Shown here: one piece after another, positions 1-8,851 of the stretch | Numbering within the stretch: position 1 is the first letter of the stretch | Layout: every line of letters starts with the position of its first letter | Assembly: GCA_965199715.1 (NCBI GenBank) | Contig: OZ241322.1 | Location: 1,216,001 to 1,280,000, forward strand | Direction: 5' to 3' | Source: Vicinamibacteria bacterium | Lineage (GTDB): Bacteria; Acidobacteriota; Vicinamibacteria; Marinacidobacterales; Marinacidobacteraceae | DNA: 64,000 bases | The notes under the pieces: model-generated | The model's input: the letters and a program-made list of their open reading frames with translations, nothing else | Told to the model about the DNA's origin: nothing | Databases searched by the model: none | Translations under genes and position numbers: made by a program

Positions 1-541
1 GGCGAGGACCCGGGCCGGCGCGGAGCTCGCCGCCGACGAGACGGTGCTGGCGCTCGGGGCGCGCAGCCCCGAGATCGCCCGGACGGCGGGCGTTCGGATT
101 ATGGTCCAGCCGGCGAAGGGGTACAGCGCGACGTTCCGGGCGTACGCCGGGATGCCGCGCACGCCAGTCTCGGCGCTCGACAGCAAGGTCATCGTCACTC
201 CGCTCGGCGACCGCGTCCGCTTCGCCGGAACGCTGGAGCTGACCGGCCACGAGCCCGGCGTGAACGCGCTGCGCTACCGGCAGGTCGTCCGGAGCGGGCT
301 CGCCGTCCTTCGGGAGCCGGTTCCGCTCGAGGACGAGGAGGCGTGGTCGGGGATGCGGCCGCTGACGCCGGATTCGCTCCCGATCATCGGCCGCCCCCGG
401 GGGCTCGACGGGCTGCTCGTCGCGGCCGGGCACGGGACGCTCGGGTTCGCCCAGTCGCTCGGAACCGGCCAGCTCGTCGCCGAAATGGCCGACGGCGCCG
501 ACCCCAGCGTGGACCCGCACCCCTTCCGGGTCGATCGCTGA
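1..541 (+). CDS. FAD-dependent D-amino acid dehydrogenase (DadA/DAO family), 5'-truncated by the window edge
   Basis: Motifs VQPAKGYS, RFAGTLE, WSGMRPLTPDSLPIIG and AAGHGTLGF are typical of the DadA C-terminus. Confidence 0.85.
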   Translation, partial: ARTRAGAELAADETVLALGARSPEIARTAGVRIMVQPAKGYSATFRAYAGMPRTPVSALDSKVIVTPLGDRVRFAGTLELTGHEPGVNALRYRQVVRSGLAVLREPVPLEDEEAWSGMRPLTPDSLPIIGRPRGLDGLLVAAGHGTLGFAQSLGTGQLVAEMADGADPSVDPHPFRVDR

Positions 542-669
542 AGAAAGTCTTCCCCAATTCGCTCCCCGGGCGGTTGGTTTTCCGATTTCGCGCGTGTCCA
601 TCTGAACTGAGCGAATTCACTCCCAGCGCAGCGGCGGTCCTCGCGCCGCCCGGATCCGGCGGCCGCGCC

Positions 670-675
670 TATAAT
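670..675 (+). promoter_or_regulatory. Consensus -10 box upstream of the small coiled-coil gene
   Basis: TATAAT at 670-675, then GGAGG at 691-695 and GTG at 703. Confidence 0.45.
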
Positions 676-702
676 CCGCTCCATGAGGGTGGAGGCGATC
701 GG

Positions 703-1059
703 GTGACGGGTCAGGTCACCCGAGGTGAACGGGTGGATGTCCGCACGCGCACCGACAGGATCCTCATCGCCATGATGGCGGCCATGATGGGCGGCGGTGC
801 GCTCATGTTCACCCGGATGGTCGTCATGACCCGCGGGATCGGGGCGCTCGAGGTTCGGCTGAGCGAGAGCATCGGATCGCTCCGGGCCGACGTCGCCGTG
901 CTCTCGGAGCGGATGGTTTCGCTCGAACGGCGCATGGACGCACTCGAAGGGCGCCCGAATGCGCTCGAAGGGCGGATTGCTTCGATCGAAGGGCGGGTCG
1001 GCCGCATCGAGACCGTCCTTCACGACCGCCTGCCTCCGCCGGGGCCGTCCGGCCCCTGA
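703..1059 (+). CDS. Small membrane-anchored coiled-coil protein
   Basis: GGAGG RBS; hydrophobic segment ILIAMMAAMMGGGALMF; heptads LERRMDA/LEGRPNA/LEGRIAS/IEGRVGR. Confidence 0.65.
   Translation: MTGQVTRGERVDVRTRTDRILIAMMAAMMGGGALMFTRMVVMTRGIGALEVRLSESIGSLRADVAVLSERMVSLERRMDALEGRPNALEGRIASIEGRVGRIETVLHDRLPPPGPSGP
919..1002 (+). repeat. Four imperfect 21-bp tandem repeats encoding heptads
   Basis: tcgctcgaacggcgcatggac / gcactcgaagggcgcccgaat / gcgctcgaagggcggattgct / tcgatcgaagggcgggtcggc. Confidence 0.7.
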
Positions 1060-1071
1060 CGGTCCGCCGCC

Positions 1072-1836
1072 ATGCGTCTGAAGGGCAAGCGGGCGCTCGT
1101 CACCGGCGGTTCGCGCAGCATCGGCCGGGCGATCGCGCTCGGCCTGGCGCGCGAGGGCGCGGACGTCGCGGTGAACTGGCGGCGGAGCCGGCACGACGCG
1201 CTCGGCGCGGTCGCCGCCATCGAGAAGACGGGGCGGCGCGCCGTCGCCGTCCAGGGCTCGACCGCGGCTTCCGAGGACGTGGAGCGCTTCGTCGCCGAGG
1301 CGGCGGACGCGCTCGGCGGGCTGGACGTCGTGGTCAACAACGCCGGCGTGCTGAAACGCACGCCCTTTCTCGAGATCGGCGAGGCGGAGTGGGACGGGAT
1401 CCTCGCGGTCAACCTGAAGGGCTACTTCCTCGTCGGGCAGGCGGCGGCGCGGCGGATGGTCCGGGACCGGACTCCCGGCGCGATCGTGAACGTGAGCTCC
1501 GCCGGACAGGCGGTCGCCGCGCCGAACCTCGCCCACTACTGCGTCTCGAAGGCGGGCGTGGAGATGCTCACCCGGCAGATGGCGCTGGAGCTCGCGCCGC
1601 ACCGGATCCGCGTGAACGCCATCGCGCCGGGGCTCATCGAGACCGACATGAACCGCGCCGACATCGCGCAGGAGGACTTCCGTTCCCGCCGCCTCGCCCG
1701 CATTCCGCTGCGGGAGATCGGGACCCCCGAGGATCTCGTCGCCGCGGTCACGTACCTCGCCTCGAACGCCGAGTCCCGCCTCGTGACCGGCGCCAGCCTC
1801 TTCATCGACGGCGGCCAGACGATCTGGGGTGCGTAG
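1072..1836 (+). CDS. Short-chain dehydrogenase/reductase (FabG/glucose 1-dehydrogenase-like)
   Basis: TGGSRSIG, NNAG, YCVSK (YxxxK) and NAIAPG motifs. Confidence 0.92.
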   Translation: MRLKGKRALVTGGSRSIGRAIALGLAREGADVAVNWRRSRHDALGAVAAIEKTGRRAVAVQGSTAASEDVERFVAEAADALGGLDVVVNNAGVLKRTPFLEIGEAEWDGILAVNLKGYFLVGQAAARRMVRDRTPGAIVNVSSAGQAVAAPNLAHYCVSKAGVEMLTRQMALELAPHRIRVNAIAPGLIETDMNRADIAQEDFRSRRLARIPLREIGTPEDLVAAVTYLASNAESRLVTGASLFIDGGQTIWGA

Positions 1837-2809
1837 CCCCGGGACGCTGATCGCGCTCCTGGCGCTGTCGTGCCAGGCGCCGCAAGAGGCCGGGTGGGAG
1901 GCGCGCTTCTCCCACGTGCTCTCGTCGAACTCGGAGTACCAGGTCATGGCCGAGCGCTTCCGGGACCTCATGCGGGAGCGCACGGACGGCCGGTTCCGGG
2001 TGCGGATCTTCCCGTCGGGACAGCTCGGAGGCGAGCGCGAGGCGTTCGAGCAGATCCAGGCGGGAGCGGTCCAGTTGACCATCACCGGCACGCCGGTGCT
2101 CTCCGGATGGGTTCCCGAGGGCCAGATCTTCGACCTGCCCTTCCTGTTCGACGACCGGGATCAGGGACTCCGGGCGCTAAACGGGCCGGTCGGCGACTGG
2201 TGGCGGGGGCTTCTGCTCGAACGCACCGGAGTCCGCTCGCTCGGCTTCCTCGACTACGGATTCCGCCACGTGTACGGCAACCGGCCCATCGAGACCCCCG
2301 GCGATCTCGTCGGACTCAAGCTGCGGGTGCTCCAGAACCGGACCTACCTGCGCGCGTACGCGGCGTTCGGGGTCCAGGCGACTCCCATGAACTACGGCGA
2401 GGTCCATTCGGCGCTCCAGCAGGGAGTGATCGACGGCGGCGAGGCGAACGCCGTCGGGTTCGTGAGCGGCAGCCTCCACGAGGCGGCGGGCCACTTCAGC
2501 TTCACCGGCGTCACCTACAACCCGATCACCCTGCTCGCGCACGAGCCGTTCTTCCGCTCGCTGCCGGGGGATATCCGGGCGACCCTCGAACGCTCGGCGG
2601 CGGAGGCGCTCGCATACCAGAGCCGGATCGCGCAGCGCATGGAGGCGGACGCGATCGCGGAAATGCAGCGGCGCGGCGTGCGCATCGCCCGCCCCGACCG
2701 GGCCGAGTTCGTTCCTCTGGTGCGGCCGGCGGTGTGGGACGAACTCGCGGGCCGGCTGCCGAACGGGCGGGAGCTGATCGACCGAGTCGCCGCCGAGGCC
2801 GGGCGTTGA
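1829..2809 (+). CDS. dctP: TRAP transporter substrate-binding protein (probable lipoprotein)
   Basis: Lipobox LALSC; FPSGQLGGE, DLPFLF, GLKLRV, ALQQGVIDG. Confidence 0.9.
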   Translation: MRSPGTLIALLALSCQAPQEAGWEARFSHVLSSNSEYQVMAERFRDLMRERTDGRFRVRIFPSGQLGGEREAFEQIQAGAVQLTITGTPVLSGWVPEGQIFDLPFLFDDRDQGLRALNGPVGDWWRGLLLERTGVRSLGFLDYGFRHVYGNRPIETPGDLVGLKLRVLQNRTYLRAYAAFGVQATPMNYGEVHSALQQGVIDGGEANAVGFVSGSLHEAAGHFSFTGVTYNPITLLAHEPFFRSLPGDIRATLERSAAEALAYQSRIAQRMEADAIAEMQRRGVRIARPDRAEFVPLVRPAVWDELAGRLPNGRELIDRVAAEAGR

Positions 2810-3252
2810 CCCGGCTCCACCGCGCGATCGTCCGCCTCGAGACCGGGGCGGCGGGCGCGCTCGTGATCGCCGTCGCCGCGGCGGTGCTGCTTCAGGTGAC
2901 GATGCGCTACGGGTTCGCCCGCCCCAACCCGTGGAGCGAGGAGTTCGCCCGTTTCGGGTTCATCTGGCTGTCGCTCCTCGGAAGCTCGCTCGCGGTCCAC
3001 CGGCGCTCGCACTTCCGCTTCGACCGGGCGGTCCGCCGCCTGAGTCCCCGGACGCGCAAGGCGGCGACGCTCCTCGCGAAGGGCGCGACGCTCGGGTTCG
3101 CGCTGCTTCTGGTCGCGACCGGCCTCGCGCTCATGGACCTCGCCTCGGGACAGCGATCCGCGGCGCTGGACCTCCCCATGGCGTTCGTGTACGCCGCGGC
3201 GCCGGTCTCCGGCCTGCTCATGGCGATCCACCTGCTCGGCGAGGCCGAATGA
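2806..3252 (+). CDS. dctQ: TRAP small permease
   Basis: TTG overlapping the dctP stop; QVTMRY..WSEEFARFGFIWLSLLG; about 4 TM segments. Confidence 0.85.
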   Translation: MTRLHRAIVRLETGAAGALVIAVAAAVLLQVTMRYGFARPNPWSEEFARFGFIWLSLLGSSLAVHRRSHFRFDRAVRRLSPRTRKAATLLAKGATLGFALLLVATGLALMDLASGQRSAALDLPMAFVYAAAPVSGLLMAIHLLGEAE

Positions 3253-4511
3253 CCGGCGCGTTCGGGCTGCTGGTCCTGCTCGCGGTCCCCATCGGCTTCG
3301 CGCTGGCCATCGCCGCGACGCTCGCGCTCGTCGCCGCCGGAGTTCCGTTCGTCGTGATCCCGCAACAGCTCATCGCCGGCATGGACTCGTTCCCGATGCT
3401 CGCGGTGCCGCTGTTCATCCTCGCCGGCTTCCTCATGGACGCCGGGGGGATCAGCCGCCGGCTGGTCGCGCTCGCGCGAGCGCTCGTCGGGCGGCTGCCG
3501 GGCGGCCTCGGCCAGGTCGTGATCGTGGCCGAGATGTTCTTTTCGGGAGTCTCGGGCTCGACTTCGGCGGACGCCGCCGCGATCGGGGGGATCATGGTCC
3601 CGCAGCTCGCCGCCGAGGGGTACGACCGGGCGCGGGCGACCGCGATCGTGTGCGCCGCCTGCGCGATGGGAATCCTGATCCCGCCCGCCATCGTGATGGT
3701 GATCTACGGGGGCGCCGGGGGGGTCTCGGTGGGCGCGCTGTTCGCGGCCGCCATCGTCCCCGCGCTGCTGATCGCCGCCGGACTCATGGTCCAGATCGGC
3801 TGGCAGGCGCGGCGCCATGGATGGCCGGCGGCCGAGCCGGCCTCGCGGGACGAGCTCCGCCGCGCCGCGATTCGTGCGGGGCTGCCGCTGTTCATGGTCG
3901 TGGTCATCCTCGGCGGCATCCGGTTCGGGCTCTTCACCCCCACCGAGGCCGCCGGAGTCGCCGTCGCCTACGCGCTCCTCCTCGCCGGACTCGCGTACCG
4001 GTCGCTCACGCTGCGGAAGCTGTGGGAGAAGGTCGTCCAGACCGCAGTCGTCTCCGGCATGGTGCTCTTCGTGGTGGGCGCGGCGCGGCTCATGGGATGG
4101 GCGCTCGCCATCGGCGGGACCCCGCAGGCGATCGCGGCCGCGGTCATGGAGTCGGGCGTCGGTCCCACCGGGTTCCTGCTTCTCACGATCCTCATCTTCC
4201 TGCCGCTCGGCGCGATCCTCGAGGGGGTTCCGGCGGTGGTGCTGCTGACCCCCATCCTGCTCCCGCTGGCGCGGCAACTGGGGATCGACCCGGTGCACTA
4301 CGGCGCGGTCGTCGTCGCGACGCAGGGGATCTCGGTGTTCCTGCCGCCGGTGGGAGTCAGCCTGCTCGTCGCGAGCTCGGCGGCCGGCGTCGAGCCGATG
4401 GAGGCGGCGCGGCCGCTCGCGCCCTATCTCGCGCTCATGCTCGTCCTGACGGTCCTGATCGCGCTGGTCCCCGACGTCGCGCTGTTCCTGCCGCGCCTCG
4501 TCGGCTACTGA
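3249..4511 (+). CDS. dctM: TRAP large permease
   Basis: ATGA overlap; LAVPLFILAG, SGSTSAD, FTPTEAA, GIDPVHYG. Confidence 0.92.
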   Translation: MTGAFGLLVLLAVPIGFALAIAATLALVAAGVPFVVIPQQLIAGMDSFPMLAVPLFILAGFLMDAGGISRRLVALARALVGRLPGGLGQVVIVAEMFFSGVSGSTSADAAAIGGIMVPQLAAEGYDRARATAIVCAACAMGILIPPAIVMVIYGGAGGVSVGALFAAAIVPALLIAAGLMVQIGWQARRHGWPAAEPASRDELRRAAIRAGLPLFMVVVILGGIRFGLFTPTEAAGVAVAYALLLAGLAYRSLTLRKLWEKVVQTAVVSGMVLFVVGAARLMGWALAIGGTPQAIAAAVMESGVGPTGFLLLTILIFLPLGAILEGVPAVVLLTPILLPLARQLGIDPVHYGAVVVATQGISVFLPPVGVSLLVASSAAGVEPMEAARPLAPYLALMLVLTVLIALVPDVALFLPRLVGY

Positions 4512-4515
4512 GCGG

Positions 4516-5184
4516 TCAGTACTTGACGTCGTTCCGCCCGACCGTCATCCCGATGTTCCCGACGCGGCGGCCCATCGTGTAGTGCTCGCCGCTCCCGGCG
4601 GTCATGCCGAAGAAGTCCACGTCGGGAACGAGGAGCCGGCCGTCGTCGTCCACCGTCCCTGCCGCGACCGTGGTCGCGACGACCTCGGCGACGAAGATCT
4701 TGCGGACCGGCGGCACCTCCAGCGAGTCGAGAATCCGGCACTCGCAGTGGACCGGCGACTCCGCGACCGTGGGCGCGTCCACCCGGGTCGCCTCGCCCCG
4801 GGTCAGGCCCGCCAGCGCGAACTTGTCGGCGACGCGGCTCGAGTTCATGTCCACCGCGTCGAACGCCTCGACCATCGAGGCCACCGGAACGTTGAGCACG
4901 AACTCGTCGTGGATCTCGAGCAGCTCGCGGGCCTGGTGCTCGAACCCCGCGCTCACGCCGATCTGGGGCGGGTCCCCGTTGACGACGAACGTCCACAGCA
5001 CCGAGATCTCGTCGGGGTCGCCGGCGCGCCCGTTCACGGTCAGCAGGATCGCGGGAACCGGCGGGATCATCGGCCCCGGGGACGGGAGCGAGCGACGCCC
5101 GCCGGAGACCGGAGGGGCGCCGCATCCCCAGACCGCCGCGACCGCAAGCCCGCTCTCCAGAACCTGCCGTCGGGTTGGCTTCAT
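4516..5184 (-). CDS. Flavin reductase-like (FMN-binding split barrel) protein with a Tat/lipoprotein signal
   Basis: TRRQVL twin-arginine then VWGC; EFVLNVP, DKFALAGLT, ESPVHCEC, IFVAEVV. Confidence 0.8.
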   Translation of the reverse strand: MKPTRRQVLESGLAVAAVWGCGAPPVSGGRRSLPSPGPMIPPVPAILLTVNGRAGDPDEISVLWTFVVNGDPPQIGVSAGFEHQARELLEIHDEFVLNVPVASMVEAFDAVDMNSSRVADKFALAGLTRGEATRVDAPTVAESPVHCECRILDSLEVPPVRKIFVAEVVATTVAAGTVDDDGRLLVPDVDFFGMTAGSGEHYTMGRRVGNIGMTVGRNDVKY

Positions 5185-5217
5185 GCGGCGCATTATGGAC
5201 GGCGCCGTGATCCGGGG

Positions 5218-6333
5218 ATGCGATTCAGTCTCCTCGCGCTGCTCGCCGCCTCGTGCGCCGCCGCCCCCGCCCCCTTCGAGCCGCTGGACGCCGCCCTCGA
5301 ACGCTACGTGGAGGACGGCCGGCTCCCCGGCGCCGCGGTTCTCGTCATGCAGGCGGGGGAACCGACCTACGAACGAGCGGTCGGCGTCCGCGACCGGGAG
5401 GCGGGCGATCCGCTGGAAACGGACGACGTCTTCCGGATTGCGTCCCAGACGAAGGCGATCGTGAGCGTGGCGATCATGATGCTCGAGGAGGGGGGCCTCC
5501 TGAGCATCGGGGACCCCGTCCGCCGCTTCCTCCCCGAGTGCGCCGAGACCACGGTCGAGGGCGGGGAGCCGGCGCGGACTCCGATCACGATCCGCCACCT
5601 GCTCACCCACACCGCCGGGCTCGGCTACGGCGGCGACCCCGCATGGGAGGCGGCGGGGATCACCGGCTGGTACTTCGCCGACCGGGAGGAGCCGGTCCGG
5701 GAGACCGTGCGCCGCATGGCCGCGCTGCCGTTTCCCGCGCATCGCGGCGAGGAGTGGGTCCATGGACACGCCACCGACGTCCTCGGCGCGGCGGTCGAGG
5801 TCGCCTCGGGGACTCCGCTCGGCGTGGAGGACACGCACTTCTACCTGCCGCCCGAGAAGCGCGACCGGCTGACCGTCGTCCATTCGGCGGAGGAGTCATC
5901 AGGGCTCGCGCGCGCGCCCGATCCGGGGGGCATGGCGGGCCAGGGGGCCTACGTCGAAGGACTCCGCGACAGCTTCTCGGGCGGCGCCGGGCTGCTCTCG
6001 ACCGCCGCCGACTACGCCCGCTTCCTCGAGGCGCTGCGCACCGGCGGCGCGCCCATCCTCTCGGCGACGAACGTCGAGCGCATGACTTCGGACCAGATCG
6101 GCGCGCTGGAGTTCGGCGAGGAGGGCGTCGGGTTCAGCCTTGGGTTCCGGACCGTCGCGGACACCGGCGAGTTCGGCTGGGGCGGCGCCTCCCACGCCGC
6201 CTGCTGAGTCGATCCGTCGGAGGAGCTGGTCGTGGTCTATCCGGCGCAGATCATCCCGGCGGGAGACGTGGACGACCACGCCCGGGTGCGGGAGCCGGTG
6301 TACGAGGAGCTTCAGCGGAGCCGGCGCGAGTAG
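5218..6333 (+). pseudogene. Beta-lactamase-family serine hydrolase with premature TGA and a probable internal deletion
   Basis: SQTK (SxxK) and LLTHTAG motifs; in-frame TGA at 6205-6207 is followed by family-like VDPSEELVVVY...DDHARVR up to TAG at 6333. Confidence 0.7.
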
Positions 6334-7739
6334 TTCACCCCGACGAAGACGCGGGTGACCGCGCCGGCGTCGTCCCGCTCGAAGCGGACCAGCTCGCCGT
6401 GGGCGCCGTAGCCGTCGCTCTCGAGCCGGAACGAGTCGGCCTCGTCGGTCGGGCGCAGCGTCCCCTTCGACCCGCTCGGGTCTTCGGAGAGCGGCGAAAG
6501 GATCACCAATTCGTTCTCCTGCCGCAGCACCGCGGTGTCGCCGCCCCGGCTGCGGTACACGCCGAGGTACGCGTCCCAGGCCTCGGACCAGACGCGGGGC
6601 GCCTCCTTCTCGGCCCGCGACGCGGCGAGCGCCGGCGCGACCCACTGGAACGCCTTCTCGAGGTAGCGCCCGGGGTTCCCGTCGCCGCCGTTCGTGAACA
6701 CCACGACCCCGATCTTCTCGTCGGGGCTGAGCTGGGTCTGGGTGCGGTAGCCGGGATACGAGCCGCCGTGCCCGACGAGGTCCCGGTCGCTCGTGCGCCG
6801 AACCGAGAATCCGAGTCCCCAGCCGCTGCTCCACGAGGTCTGCAGCCAGTGCACCCGCTGCATCTCGAGGAGCGTGTTCGTCGCCAGCGTCTCCTCGCTC
6901 CGACGGTCCCGGACGCGCATCTGCCACGAGAGGAAGCGCAGCATGTCGGGCACGGTGGAGGACATGCCGGTCGCCGGATCGAAGGACCGGGCGTCCACGA
7001 ACGGGAACCGTTCGCGCGAGCCGTCGGGCATCCGGCGGCCGTAGCCGGCGGCGAGGCGATCCCGGTGGTCCGGCGGGACCGGGCCGACGCTCGTGGAGTC
7101 CATGCCGAGGGGCGCGAGGATTCCCTGGGTCACGAGATCCGCGAAGGACATGTCGGTCGCCGCCTCGGCGACCATGCCGGCGAGCGTGAAGCCGAGGTTC
7201 GAGTACTTCCATTTGGTCTCGGTGGCGTAGGTGGTCTCCTGGTCGGACACCGTCTCGCGAAGCGCCTCGGCCCCGGGGAACTCGAACTCGGTCCACGCCG
7301 GGTGCACCGACTCCCGGGGCAGCCCGGCCGTGTGGGTGAGGAGGTGGCGCACGGTGACCGCGCGGGCCTCGGGATGCCGGTTGTGGATGTCGAACCACGG
7401 AAGGTGATCGGCCACCGGATCGTCGAGCCGGAGCCGCCCGGCGTCGCGGGCGCGCATCACCGCGATCGCGGTGAACAGCTTCGAGTGCGACGCGATGCGG
7501 AAGATGTGGTCCTCGCGCATGGGAACCGCCGGCTCCAGCGACGCCATCCCGTACGCCTTCACCCAGACCGGCTCCTGGTCGTGGACGATTCCGATGACGA
7601 GGCCGGGAACGCCCCGGTACTCGAGCTGCGACTCGATCCACGTGTCCAGCAGCGTGATTCCGGCCTGGACCTTGGGATCGGCGGGCTGCGCGGCGGCGGG
7701 CGCGGCGCAGAGAAGGGAGATCAGGGCGAGCGCCCGCAT
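6312..7739 (-). CDS. Exported beta-lactamase-family serine hydrolase with a C-terminal extension
   Basis: Signal peptide; ASHSK, LLTHTAG, YSN, HGGSYPGY; GGAGG RBS. Confidence 0.88.
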   Translation of the reverse strand: MRALALISLLCAAPAAAQPADPKVQAGITLLDTWIESQLEYRGVPGLVIGIVHDQEPVWVKAYGMASLEPAVPMREDHIFRIASHSKLFTAIAVMRARDAGRLRLDDPVADHLPWFDIHNRHPEARAVTVRHLLTHTAGLPRESVHPAWTEFEFPGAEALRETVSDQETTYATETKWKYSNLGFTLAGMVAEAATDMSFADLVTQGILAPLGMDSTSVGPVPPDHRDRLAAGYGRRMPDGSRERFPFVDARSFDPATGMSSTVPDMLRFLSWQMRVRDRRSEETLATNTLLEMQRVHWLQTSWSSGWGLGFSVRRTSDRDLVGHGGSYPGYRTQTQLSPDEKIGVVVFTNGGDGNPGRYLEKAFQWVAPALAASRAEKEAPRVWSEAWDAYLGVYRSRGGDTAVLRQENELVILSPLSEDPSGSKGTLRPTDEADSFRLESDGYGAHGELVRFERDDAGAVTRVFVGVNYSRRLR

Positions 7740-7741
7740 GG

Positions 7742-8851
7742 TCATTCCTCCCGGCGGAAGACGATCTCGCCGTCCACCATCACGTAGCGGGTCCGGGCGT
7801 AGGTCCCGATGGGATGCGCGTCCCAGATGGCGACGTCGGCGTCGAGGCCGGGGGCGAGCGTCCCGATCCGCCCGGCGACTCCCAGAATCTCCGCCGCCCC
7901 CGAGGTGACGGCGGTCAGCGCGGCCTCCTTGGGGAGCCCGTGCGCCCAGGCGATGACGGCCTCCATGCCGACCGAGCGCCCGCCGCCGGAGAACGTCGAG
8001 AGCGCGATCCGGACTCCGGCCTCGTGGAGGCTCGCCGCGAGCGCCGGCGTGTGGGACCGCAGCTCCATCGGGCCGCCGTCCCCGATCCCGAGGATCGAGG
8101 GGCCGACGACCACCGGAACGCCAGCTTCGGCGAGCCGATCCGCGACCATCGCCGCCCCGGCCGCCTGGTCGAGCACGAGCCGCAGTTCGAACTCGCCGGC
8201 GATCCGGATCGCGGTCTCGAGGTCGTCCGGAGTGTTCGCGAGCACCCGCAGCGGGGTCTCGCCGCGCACGAGCCGCGAGAGCACCCGGCCCGTCTCGCCG
8301 GCGTGGCGGTCCTCGACCGCCCCGACGAGCATGTCGCGCAGCTCGAAGATCATGCCCTGACGGGTCGTCGGCCCGGAAGGCGCGTCGCGTCCGGGGGGCT
8401 GGTTCCCGACCGCCGATTCCGCGAAGGACGCCGCCACCGCGAAGTCCTCGGCGACGACCGCGGTCTCCCGCGTCCCCGACAGCTTGACAACCGCTCCCAC
8501 GCCTCCGAAGAGCGTCCCCGGATCCGGGGCCAGGTAGGCCGCGGTGACGCCGGACCGGAGCCACTGCGGGGCCAGCTCCTCCCGGAAGCGGTCCGCCGCG
8601 CGGGTCGCGACTCCCGAGTCGTCCGGCGTCTCGCCGAGCAGCGTGAGCGCGTCGATGAGGCCGGGAGTGACGACCATCCCGCTCGCGTCCACGAAGTGCG
8701 CCCCCTCCGGGATCTCGAGCCCGTCGCCGACGGCCGCGATCCGGCCGTCCTCGATCAGCACCACGCCGTCCGGGAACACCGCGCCGTCGCCCGCATGCAC
8801 CTCGCCGCCGCCGACGGCCACGAACTGGGCGAGGACGAGGAAGGCGAGCAT
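7742..8851 (-). CDS. Amidohydrolase-family protein (imidazolonepropionase-like) with degenerate metal ligands
   Basis: DASGMVVTPGLIDALT (HxH absent), GTLAPGLDADVAIWD. Confidence 0.8.
   Translation of the reverse strand: MLAFLVLAQFVAVGGGEVHAGDGAVFPDGVVLIEDGRIAAVGDGLEIPEGAHFVDASGMVVTPGLIDALTLLGETPDDSGVATRAADRFREELAPQWLRSGVTAAYLAPDPGTLFGGVGAVVKLSGTRETAVVAEDFAVAASFAESAVGNQPPGRDAPSGPTTRQGMIFELRDMLVGAVEDRHAGETGRVLSRLVRGETPLRVLANTPDDLETAIRIAGEFELRLVLDQAAGAAMVADRLAEAGVPVVVGPSILGIGDGGPMELRSHTPALAASLHEAGVRIALSTFSGGGRSVGMEAVIAWAHGLPKEAALTAVTSGAAEILGVAGRIGTLAPGLDADVAIWDAHPIGTYARTRYVMVDGEIVFRREE

Noticed and set aside
6202-6207. TGC-TGA read as Cys-Sec, given selD in the window
   Set aside because: The position corresponds to the family's aromatic-Trp pair rather than a catalytic Cys, the gene has other lesions, and no clear SECIS hairpin follows
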